Positions 39,781-50,416 of a DNA stretch of 64,000 nt are shown piece by piece (the first letter of the stretch is position 1; the number at the start of each line of letters is the position of its first letter). Source of the stretch: Rhizodiscina lignyota (taxonomy: Eukaryota); assembly GCA_010015805.1 (NCBI GenBank), contig ML978125.1:1302001-1366000 (forward strand). Direction: 5' to 3'. The notes under the pieces were generated by a model. The model saw only the letters and a list, made by a program, of their open reading frames with translations, was not told the DNA's origin and ran no database searches. The position numbers and the translations under genes were made by a program.

Positions 39781-40824
39781 ATGAGATCTTTCTTTCGACA
39801 TGCGCAGTCACCGCTTTATCATCGTCTCGGAGATGGCGAATCTGAAAAGGAATCTGGGGAGGATGCCAATACCTTCACGGAACAAACATCACATGAGAGG
39901 AAATATCACGCAAAATTCTTAGCGGTCTTAAGCATTTCAAACATTGTCACTGCATTCATATCATGTCTATTTTGGAGGAGGGTTTTTACGCCCACATTTG
40001 GGTCGTTTTCGACTGGTTACGCCACTGACTTCGGTAAGTAGTTGAGGAGGAGTCTAGGATTAAGTCTAACGATGATTTTAGGACCTGCACGATCTCACAT
40101 TGAAGTTGAGCTTGTGCGATTCACAGGAGGGCCATCATTTCTTCCAAACGGCTCCATGTACATTCCGCATCCCACAGAGAAGAAATATGTCGGAGATCCC
40201 GAGCCCGAAATCGATCAGAATTGGGAGGAACTCACCTGGGGTACATAAATCACATTTCTTTTGCTTGATAAAGTGATTTACTAAATGTTGCATTAAGGTC
40301 GGTACATCCTCGCGACTGAAGAGGAAATGAAAGCCCAATGGCCGGACGAATGGGATCAGTTCTGGGAGGAAGCAAGAGGTGGATATGTTGTTGGATTTGA
40401 TATGTTCCATACTCTCCATTGTCTGGTATATTATCTCCTTCATAAGCTCAACATTGAAATGAATCCTCTGATTGGCATCCAGAATCGACTTCGACGAGAT
40501 TACTATCCAGACTACTATGCGATCAAGAATACAACCAACCACTGGCTTCACCGCGGTAAGTGGTATTCCGACAAGATTATAGGGAAATATATGTTGATTT
40601 CGACCTCAGACCATTGCATAGAACAGATCCGGCAGTACATCATGTGCTCTGGAGACATGACGCCTATACCAACGCGCTATTACCCGTCGAAGGATAGAAA
40701 TTACGTGGACTCCGACTATCCACACACGTGCAGAAACTATGAAAAATTGCATAATTGGGCAACAGAAAGGTATAATGGCAGTTCAGCGATACAGCCACAT
40801 TTCCGTGAGGAGCATGAAGAGTAG
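39781..40824 (+). CDS. DUF3328/UstYa-family HxxHC oxidase #2, 5 exons
   Basis: Exons 39781-40033, 40082-40240, 40298-40425, 40483-40555 and 40610-40824. TM helix; motifs YVGDPEPEIDQNW, FDMFHTLHCLNRLRR, HRDHCIEQIRQYIMCSGDMTP and HTCRNY. Confidence 0.92.
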
Positions 40825-41738
40825 ATAGAATTCACGATCCCAAGTCACAGTCACTTAATATCTGCTCTGAACACCGATACACATACTTTCGTTGTTATCT
40901 CTACACAAAGCAAATGGACTCCAAACATGGAAATTTTCCATATTGATTGAGTTTACTCAAAGATAAATCTACATCAACTGAAACCCATGTCAAATATCAA
41001 ACTCTGGAAAGCTGTTGGGCGGGGGTTGAATCTCTGCATGTTCACGACCCACAGTTACTTGAAAATAGACTGCCCTTAGTCGGTCAATCTCACATAATTT
41101 TAGTTTGCAAATGATTATAAAGTAGTCTATTTCTAAGAGATAGATTTTAAATTGCTGTGTTGCATCGTAGACGGCCTAAAGGGACCCCAGCATGACTCTA
41201 CTTCCGACGAATCGACCAAGAAGCCGCTATCCAGAAGAATTGACAATGTAACCTGCAACATCAAATGAGAATACTAAGATATGACGGAAATGTAGCTTAT
41301 GAGCCCTGGGGAATATCTTACTTCTTCCGGGCACATAACCGTTACAGTCTTTCGAGAGAAAAGCTGAAGACATGGCCCATCGGAAATATATATAACTCTG
41401 AGGCCGCCAAGTCGTCGGAAGAATTACTTCACATAGACTAGTCTAGGCCGAGCGCTGATTTTTCTGTTACAGAGCAGACTTTGGCGGCTCTCAGTCTACA
41501 GGCTCTGGTTTGCACATCTGATTCTTAATTCCGTGAGCAGGACATACCAGAGCAGCGAGCTTCTTTACAACCTGAATGTTACTCCCTGTATTCAAGGCCA
41601 TGACTAGAGAGCTTTATCATTGAAGCAGTATGACGCCCCAAATTTGTGGAATTCATGAACATAGACTAAGTCCATGCAGGAGCAGAAGGAACTTTTCCCG
41701 CTAGAGAACTAGATAGCAATATTCAAAGCCACACAGCA

Positions 41739-42449
41739 ATGTCGGACCCAAAGAAATCGGAGGAAAATCTCGCTTCAGAGGCCTTGTTGTCTCCCACAGA
41801 TTCTGGAGACGAGCAAGACTTCGAAATTTCTGGTCGAGGAGAGAAAGGCGTACTACGTTCTCCGCAAAGGCACCGTACGCTTAAACGCATAGTACAGCTT
41901 ATTGGTAAAACTGTTGTGGTGCTACTTTGCGTGTATGGTGCAATAGAATTGAGTATCAAGGCCCACGGCTCTATTCAGAAATGGCAGACGGCCAATGATC
42001 TCACCTTCTGCAACTGCGGGGACTCAACGGACGAAGCCATCTCCCTCGGTTGCGAGTACGTGCCTCTGGCTGCAGCATGGCTCCCGCCAAAGTGCCGGGA
42101 TGAAGAACTCGAAGCCGAATTCAATCGAGCTGGTCCAGATGGTTCATGGTCGTATTACAAAGATCGGAACGGCACGGCCGAGTACGATATCAGTGAGCTC
42201 GGATGGTTATCGGACACTGGGGAGCTGTACCACACAACAAGGAGATGGCATATCGTGCATTGTGTATACTACTGGAAGAAGCTGGCAAGGTCGAAACGGA
42301 CAGGCGTACCCATCGAGCCAAGGTATGATGGCGAGGGCCACATCGACCACTGCATGAAGACCTTCCTGAAGCCTGGGGATCGTGAGAAGATTGCAACTCG
42401 GCAAGGTGCATCGCTGATTTCTGATCACGCTGTTGTTACCGAAGGGTAA
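41739..42449 (+). CDS. Membrane-anchored HxxHC protein of a second subtype (DUF3328-related)
   Basis: Intronless 236 aa. TM segment, Cys motif CGDSTDEAISLGCEY...WLPPKC, then WHIVHCVYYWKK and HIDHC. Confidence 0.8.
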   Translation: MSDPKKSEENLASEALLSPTDSGDEQDFEISGRGEKGVLRSPQRHRTLKRIVQLIGKTVVVLLCVYGAIELSIKAHGSIQKWQTANDLTFCNCGDSTDEAISLGCEYVPLAAAWLPPKCRDEELEAEFNRAGPDGSWSYYKDRNGTAEYDISELGWLSDTGELYHTTRRWHIVHCVYYWKKLARSKRTGVPIEPRYDGEGHIDHCMKTFLKPGDREKIATRQGASLISDHAVVTEG

Positions 42450-42869
42450 AGATGATGAAATTTGGTAGATGAGAATAATACGGATGAGAAATGAGACTCA
42501 ACCATGATGTTGCAGAAATCCGGCAGTGCTTGTGTTTAGGCTAAAATTGCAACCGCGCTGCACTATGTCGAAAAGGGACACTAGCGCCAAATGTGCAAGT
42601 TCAAAAAAGGGGAGAAACCAGAGTGCATCTCAAAATCTTCCCCGTAAACTTCGGACTGATACAGTTAATCGGTAATAGCTTCATAAGGTAAGACACCTTT
42701 CAAAATTCGAGGTAGATAACCTGGTTTGGACGTGCACCGTACTATCGTATCGTAAACATGGCCGCCATGATTGATCGTCAAACCACCTGCTCAGTTTTGA
42801 TACCGCCCCGCTAGACGTCCGCTTGTCTTCCGATGATTATGTACCATCTCTCACAGTACTCAATCAGCC

Positions 42870-44612
42870 ATGCGAGAACGACCTGCACCAGATCTACAGG
42901 GAGAACGACAATTTGAAGTAGTCATTGGCATCCGCGGCAATGACAGGCAAGATGAGGAAAGTTCATCCTCAAGGACGGAAACTATGCGAGAACGTATTGG
43001 GCGTGTCAAGGAAGATGTCCGGTGTCTGACAGAGTTTTACAATATCGAGGTATCTTCTACGCGTGTGAGGAGACTCCAGCGATATTTTCGTCAGCAGTTG
43101 AGCGATTTGAAGGAGAACGAAGCGTTCGATAGATTCGATCAGTCCGACAAAATCGACTATTTGAACTTACGCAACTACCTGGAGCGCAACCTTCGACAAC
43201 TTGGTTTTGATGGAGACAAGAATGAATCTGCGATTGTCCTTCTTCCATTTGCAAGTCTTCTCATCCGGCTCTGTGAAGATCGGCAACAGATGAAAGCGAT
43301 AGATGCCAAGCGCGCAGCGGATGATCTGTTCGAAGCTGAGCGACAAGCCATAATAATGTATAAGGAGATAGAACATGGCCAACATCATGTCAGCAAGAAT
43401 GATGCATTTCGGGCTACCAATATACTACAGAAACTGCGCTCCCACCTTGCGGAATGGTTCCACTTCTTCAAGGGATACGATCCAATGTTCGACTGGTGGG
43501 TGCCAGAGCCGTATTATAAGCTTGATACGGCAATGGAAAGGCTGTCGCAGATCATACGGGAGATGCTTGTCGGTATCAAGCTCGGCGATGAGGATGCCAT
43601 AGTCGGAGAGCCGATCGGTCGAAAGGCACTACTCACCGAACTGGACGCGGAGATGATCGCTTACACGCCAGAGGAGCTGTTAAAGATTGCCGATCATGAG
43701 TACACTTGGTGTGAGGCAGAGATGAAGAATGCTTCCCAGGAGCTAGGACACGAGGACTGGCGTGATGCGCTTGAATATGTCAAGAACCTTTACGTTGCGC
43801 CTGGCCAACAGACCCAGCTCATCCGCGACCTCGCTGACGAAGCAACGGAGTACGTCAAGAAACATGATTTGATAACGGTGCCGCCCATTTGCGAAGAAAC
43901 ATGGAGGATGTTTATGATGAGTCCCTCGAGGCAGAAAGTGAACCCCTTCTTTCTCGGCGGCCGCACCATTCAAGTGTCTTACCCGACAGATACCATGGAC
44001 CATGAAGCAAAGATGATGAGCATGCGCGGCAACAACATTCATTTCTCCCGGTCGACGGTGTTTCATGAACTCATTCCAGGCCATCATCTGCAGATGTACA
44101 TGAACGATCGGCACCGTCCTTACCGCCGTCTATTCTCCACGCCGTTCTCGATTGAAGGTTGGGCTCTTTACTGGGAATTTATTCTGTGGGACAAGAAGTT
44201 CCCCGAGACGCCCAAGAATCGCATCGGCATGCTCTTCTGGCGTATGCACCGCTGTGCGCGCATCACGTTCTCCATCAAATTCCATCTGGGCCTGATGACG
44301 CCGCAGGAATGCATCGACCTGCTCGTAGATAAGGTAGGCCACGAGCGAGCTACAGCAGAGGGAGAAGTACGGAGATCATTCAATGGCGACTACAGTCCCC
44401 TGTATCAATGCGGCTATATGATCGGTGCATTGCAACTGTATTCATTGCGACAGGAGCTTCTGGGGCCCGGGAGGATGACAGAGAAGGAGTTTCACGACCG
44501 GGTCATGCGAGAAGGGCAGATGCCGATTGAACTCCTGCGTGCGTTAATACGGGAGAAACGAGTGACGCGAGACTACAAGCCGTCATGGAAATTCTACAAG
44601 AGTTTAGAGTAA
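42870..44612 (+). CDS. DUF885-family putative metallopeptidase
   Basis: Intronless 580 aa. STVFHELIPGHHLQ and SIEGWALYWE match the HExxPGHH and EGWALY motifs of DUF885 proteins. Confidence 0.85.
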   Translation: MRERPAPDLQGERQFEVVIGIRGNDRQDEESSSSRTETMRERIGRVKEDVRCLTEFYNIEVSSTRVRRLQRYFRQQLSDLKENEAFDRFDQSDKIDYLNLRNYLERNLRQLGFDGDKNESAIVLLPFASLLIRLCEDRQQMKAIDAKRAADDLFEAERQAIIMYKEIEHGQHHVSKNDAFRATNILQKLRSHLAEWFHFFKGYDPMFDWWVPEPYYKLDTAMERLSQIIREMLVGIKLGDEDAIVGEPIGRKALLTELDAEMIAYTPEELLKIADHEYTWCEAEMKNASQELGHEDWRDALEYVKNLYVAPGQQTQLIRDLADEATEYVKKHDLITVPPICEETWRMFMMSPSRQKVNPFFLGGRTIQVSYPTDTMDHEAKMMSMRGNNIHFSRSTVFHELIPGHHLQMYMNDRHRPYRRLFSTPFSIEGWALYWEFILWDKKFPETPKNRIGMLFWRMHRCARITFSIKFHLGLMTPQECIDLLVDKVGHERATAEGEVRRSFNGDYSPLYQCGYMIGALQLYSLRQELLGPGRMTEKEFHDRVMREGQMPIELLRALIREKRVTRDYKPSWKFYKSLE

Positions 44613-44688
44613 TGTATTGGAACGTGACAATAGAGGGTGGTGAAGTGTCTCCATAGAGTGAAATTTTCGAAGTTGCCCTGATCTGGAA

Positions 44689-46638
44689 TCAGAAATTAAC
44701 TTCTTTGCTATGAGCCATCTTGCTATCGTAGTCAAAGGGACCACTCTCTATGCCATCCACCCCGTCAATGATAACTGGTACCACTTCCTCGGGTGACACT
44801 TCATCGTCGAAGAATCCATCAGTCTTTCCCAAAGCCTCAAATGACTTTACTTCGCCTTCTCGCTCCGGCGGGTAAATCGGTACCGGCCAGATCCTATTCA
44901 ATGTGTAGTAAAAGACCGCAGAAGTCGTTGTGGCTAGCGGAAATCCAAGGCTATACATGTGCTTGCTAACCTGACTAAAGTGTATGTTATAAGATCCGGC
45001 CAATCCGTGTATGGTAATTGCAAAGCCAGCGATCCAAGCTATTGCCATCCGCCAGTTGAAGCCGTGCCAATACCAGTACGGTGAGCTCGTGGATCCGTTG
45101 TAGACTGAAGGAATGTGGATATTGCCCTTCCGGATTATGAAGTAGTCTGTTATCGTGATGGCCAGAATCGGACCAAGGAAGCACACATACGAGCCGAGGA
45201 ACGTCAAGAACGACTGCGCCGATGCGATAATTTTCCACGGGACACATGCCAGAGACAGAACGACACAGAAGACTTGGCCTCGTTTAAGACTGGGCTCAGG
45301 TTAGTGTGGATATCAAGGGATTATCTGAAAACAAGTAACTGATCACAATGAAAGGCTGAGTTTACTCACTTGAAGTATCGTGGGAATAATCCAGTCAGGT
45401 CTGAAGCCGTTGGCACACAGTTCGATGCTAGGTTGGTGGCAATGATCGCAAAGATCTGTACCACAGATGCGAGGAAAATCGCTGTACGCGCTCCAGCGTC
45501 CCAGTTGTGGTCGAGAATTGCATCAAACAAGTCCCAAGGGTTCCAGTATGCAGTCCCATACATCGTTCTCGCCGCAGCAGACGAGGCAATGCCCATAAAA
45601 ATGACGAAGCTCTTGCTCATAAATATGGCCAAGCCTTGGGGCCAACCCGCGGCACTGGGCTTCTTTGCGTATCTGGCGAGGTCAGGATTCGAAACGATCT
45701 CTGTTACCACGCTGCCCGCAACAGAGTTGATGCCGGCCATGAATGCCCATCCCTGCGCGCTTGAGGAGACGGGTTTCGTCAGAGCGATGGCACCCGTCAG
45801 CCCATGGTTTTTCCCCACCATAAAACCAAAAATGCCAACCATAACAGGCGGAGCTATGAAGCTCTTCAGATAGTAGAACCATTTTTGGTTATGTGGGTGA
45901 ATGAACATGAAAGGAAACTGGATTACGAAGAATATCCAGAAGGCTCCCATTTGCGGACTCGTTATACCGGCTGATGCAGGAAGGTGGTTTGGGAGATCCG
46001 TCCAATTATGACTGAGGAAAGTTAAACCAACTGGAATAAGGGCGACAGAGAATAAGCTTACCCGAAAGCCGCCCGCAGAAGGACATCCATCATCCGGCCA
46101 GCGTAATAGTTCTGAGTGGCACAGTAGATGATAGCTACCGAGCCTCGAATAAAGATGAAGAAGAAGGACAGATAGTAACCAGCGGAGACGCGCATGTACA
46201 CTGGCATACCAATATGGTATACTACAAGACATATTGTGATCAGCAAAGGTCCGATTACGATGGATATCAATGCCTACCTGCAGCAGCCCGAGAATTGAGG
46301 ACGAGACATGTCGCTGTGAAGAGATTCCCGACGAGAATAGAAAGGAGCGCCTGCCACCAGAGTAGACCTTGATTTACTTTTCAGAGTCAGCATATCACGT
46401 CCATCGACAGTATATATTTAAAATCGCACTCACCCAAACTGGCGCCTGTATTCCATTGTACCGGATTGAATGAGACAGCCCAGAAAAATGCGAAATAGGA
46501 CCAAGATATCCACGTTCGCTGGCTCGGTCCAGTCGGATCCAAGTCCTCATTCCCCCATTTCTGGTTGGTCTCATTGATATCTCTGAATCGACTTTCTTTC
46601 GTCCTCAAAAAGGAATCAACTCGTCCTAGAAATCCCAT
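44689..46638 (-). CDS. NCS1 nucleobase:cation symporter (Fur4/Dal4-like), multi-exon
   Basis: Motifs WGNEDLDPTGPSQRTW, YHIGMPVYMRVSAG, NPDLARYA, WNPWDL, NLASN, DLTGLFPRY, PWKI and DYFIIRKG; many TM helices. Confidence 0.9.
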
Positions 46639-47171
46639 CGTGCCGGAAACTTTCTCGACGGTTTAGATGACTTGCAGTGCCGTATCCAACGGATCCAGTG
46701 GCATGGCTTTGGTATATCGCCATGAACTCCTGATATATGCTGGCCTCCATGGTGACCTGGACCTGGCTCGCGGACCTTACTCGCATGCTGGTATCCACCA
46801 TAGATATGAACTGATGAGATAAATCGACGTGATTGCTCCGATAGAAATGTGCATGGAAGATGTTTGCGGATGTTTACATGCGCGAGAAACGCTCTCTTGC
46901 CACAACGGGGATAAGCGCATTTTACAAGCCTGATCTGTTATCGATAGGATTTCGGACCTGCATGCGACCCTGATACCGTATCTATCGCTCACTTTTTTAT
47001 TCTCGCTATATAAGTGATAGGGCGATATTACGGTATGAATACCCTTCACGGCCACAAGGTTTCCGCTTTACGACCCTCGGCTCGATGACTCGTTTCGTCC
47101 GATGTCGACGAACAGGACATATCAGCGAGGACGCGACAGTCGCGTCCTCCAGGGCAGATGAACCTTAAATC

Positions 47172-48258
47172 ATGATTCAAGACGCCAAATACCAATTTCC
47201 GCGAGATTTTGAAGGATATGGCCAGCAGGGCCGTGACGCTCAATGGCCTGGCGGTGCGCGAATAGCCATCAGTCTATGCCTCAACTATGAGTACGACAGG
47301 TGGAAACATGACAAAGCACGCGCCTAGGGAGCTAACGCAATATCAGAGAAGGTGGAGAGATGACTGTTCTCAATGGTGATCCACATGCAGAGACGATGAA
47401 CTGGGAGAAGTGTAAGAGCGTACCGCAACCTCACAGAAATCTTTTTGGTCGTGAGAACTAACTCGCTTTGACACAGCCGGTGGACCACCCTTCGTAAACG
47501 CCCGACAGCCAAATGTCGAATCAGAGTACGAGTACGGCTCTCGAAGCGGCATCTGGCGTCTCATGCGCGTATTCTCCCAATTCAACTATCCTTTCACACT
47601 GTATGCTGTCGGTCAGGCACTTGAAAAGAATCCAGCGGTTGGGAAAGCATGCGTCGCGGCCGGGCACGAAATCGCTGGTCATGGCTACCGCTGGGTAGAC
47701 TTCAAAGATTGGCACCCAGTGGACGAGAAAGAAGACCTCAAAAAGGGCATTCGAGCAATACAAAATATTTGTGGTGTAAGTCCGAAAGGCTGGTATGTGG
47801 GACGTGGATCGCCAAACAGCACTGGTTTAGTTTATGAAGCGTTTAAAGAGATGGGCATTCCTTTAGAGTGGGAGGCAGATTGCTACAGTGACGATGTTCC
47901 AATGTGGCTCGATGTACCATCGGCTCTATCAGGCGACGAGACGAAGCAGGAAGGATTGCTTCACCTGCCTTATTCGTATGATCGTAACGACATGAAATTT
48001 CATCTAGCTGCTGATGGGTTCGGTGGTGAAAGCTGGTATCAATATCTCGTTGATTCGTTTGACATGCTGTATGCGGAAGGAGGAAAAATGATGAGCATTG
48101 GGCTTCATGCGCGTATTGTTGGAAAACCAGGACGAGCGAGAGCCTTGCAAAAGTTCTTTGAATATGTCAGTATGAAGGAAGGTGTGTGGGTTACGACCAG
48201 GGCAGAGATCGCACAACATTGGAGATCGAAGTATCCATACAAACCCAGTACAAGCTGA
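47172..48258 (+). CDS. PuuE-like allantoinase / polysaccharide deacetylase family, 3 exons
   Basis: YQFPRDFEGYG..WPGGARIAISLCLNYE|EGGE, ESEYEYGSRSGIWR, HEIAGHGYRW, GWYVGR, PYSYDRNDMKF and MMSIGLHARIVGKPGR. Confidence 0.88.
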
Positions 48259-48518
48259 ATGAGCGAGACATGTACATACACGCTCTTAGATCGAAGTTAC
48301 ATACTGAGACATCTCTGAAATAAGACATTTAAAAAGTCCATTTATTATTGCAGGATTTGCATTGACTAACGTGAATTCTGTAAGTGGATGGACAGATATC
48401 ATCCGACGTGCCGGGTAACCTATCTCCTGAACTTGCCCTTTCATAAAGCATCACCATCAGCCCACCATGGCTCATCATTGCCTTGATCGTTGTTATAGTT
48501 TCATTTATCGATATCAAC

Positions 48519-50416
48519 ATGCCAAAGTACGAAGAAATAAGCGCTGCGAAACGCGCCGAGCGCGATTCAAAAATCCCTGCCGAATTTCGCATCACTGTCC
48601 CTGAGGACGACGACAACCTCCTGGAGCTGCCTCGGGCCTGTGGCATTTTTACTGATCAAGAACTCTCTATAACAGAAGATCATGATTCAGTAGCACTCCT
48701 AGAAGCGATCAGAGATGGCCGATTCAGCTGTCTTGATGTGGTAACAGCGTTCTGCAAAGTATGTCGGCCTTCGACAACTCCCGTCAAGTGGCCGCCAAGC
48801 TGACTGTCTAGAGAGCAGCAGTAGCCCAGCAGGCTCTAAATTGCCTTACAGAGATATTTTTCGATCAAGCTTACGAGCGCGCTCGATTCCTCGATGACCA
48901 CTTCAAGCGAACAGGAAAGCCCATTGGTCCTTTGCACGGGCTTCCCATTGCGTTGAAGGATAGCATCAATGTAGCCGGCGTCGATTCGACTATCGGCGTG
49001 ACAGCTTTTGCGTTCAAACCCGAGCCGAAAAACTCCATCATTGTTGACATGCTGCTTGATCTTGGAGCTGTGATGTACGTGAAAACTAATGTACCACAAT
49101 GTAAGTCGGAGTGGCATCATCGACGAAGTCGGATCACGTTACTAAGTATCAATGTAGCAATGATGGTGCCAGATACAGAGAACTTCTGTTTTGGCCGCAC
49201 CAGAAATCCTCGGTCGAAACATCTTACTGCTGCTGGTAGCTCTGGTGGCTTGGGAGCATTAGTTGGGTTTAGGGGAGCCCCTGCTGGGATCGGAACAGAT
49301 GTTGGGGGTTCTGTCAGGGAAGCTGTTACGAAAACGTGACCTTGGGACACTGAACTGACAAACCCACAGAATCCCGGCTTATTGCAACGGTGTCTATGGA
49401 GTAAAGCCGTCGTCCGGGGTACTTCCTTATCACTATCTGAAAGGCTATCTCACAGAAGGAGCTGAGATGATCGGCATCCTATGCGTCAACGGAGTCATTG
49501 CGGTCTCCCTTCGGGATTGTGATCTCCTCCTCCGCGCCAACGCTGAAGCGGAGCCTTGGTTATATGATCCTGGTTGTGCGTATCTGCCTTGGGACCCATC
49601 GCCGCTACCCTCCAGGCCGCTGGTCTTTGGTGTGATTTCAAAGGACCACGAGACCCATCTCTTGCCACCCCTGAAAAGAGTCCTTGATGAGGCCTGCAGC
49701 AAGCTGAAAGCTGCAGGTCATGAATTGGTCGAGATAGAGCTCTATAAGAGCGACGAACTCGCGAGCAATGCCTCAAACTTTTTTCAAATAGAAGGCGCCA
49801 CTGTAACTTTTCATGTGCCCTGTCCTGTAAATTATGCTAATGCTCATACAGGCTCTTGATCTTGCGCGCTCTGAGACAGGCGAACCCTATACTGAAGCTG
49901 TCCAGAAAGGAGGGCTGTATCCGTGCAAACCAGGCACAATATGGGATTTATTTCGCTACACCACCACGCGTGCAGAGTTACAGCTCGACTGGCTTCGATA
50001 CTGGGCATCTACAGCGAAGAAGACGGCATCTGGTCGGCCGATTGACGTTATCCTCTGTCCTCCTCAAAGTGGGCTTCCACGACCCCATGATACGCTAATC
50101 AGGAGCCATTTCTCGCGAGTCTTCAATGTGCTGGACTATCCCGCGGCGATCGTGCAATGTGGGAAGGTTGACTTGGTGAAAGACAGTGTAGATTTGCCTG
50201 CCCCTAGGAGTGCACTAGATGAGCGTGTACAGTCGACTTGTAAGGGAGCCTACTCTAGGCCTTTATAAAATGCTAACGCAATGTATAGTTACGCCAGAGA
50301 AAAGAGAGAGATATAGAGATTTCCCAATTGCTCTGCAGCTTGTAGGGCAGAGGCAGATGGAAGCAAAGCTAATGGAGGTTGCCTCTGTATTCGAAAGCTG
50401 TGTGACAGCTCAATAA
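48519..50416 (+). CDS. Amidase signature family (acetamidase-like), 6 exons; one donor site is non-canonical
   Basis: LHGLPIALKD, VKTNVPQ, GRTRNP, AAGSSGG, GIGTDVGGSVR|IPAYCNGVYGVKPS and FPIALQLVG. Confidence 0.88.

Noticed and set aside
40825..41738. Searched for a classical KR-repeat dikaritin precursor
   Set aside because: No signal-peptide ORF or tandem repeats were seen on either strand.
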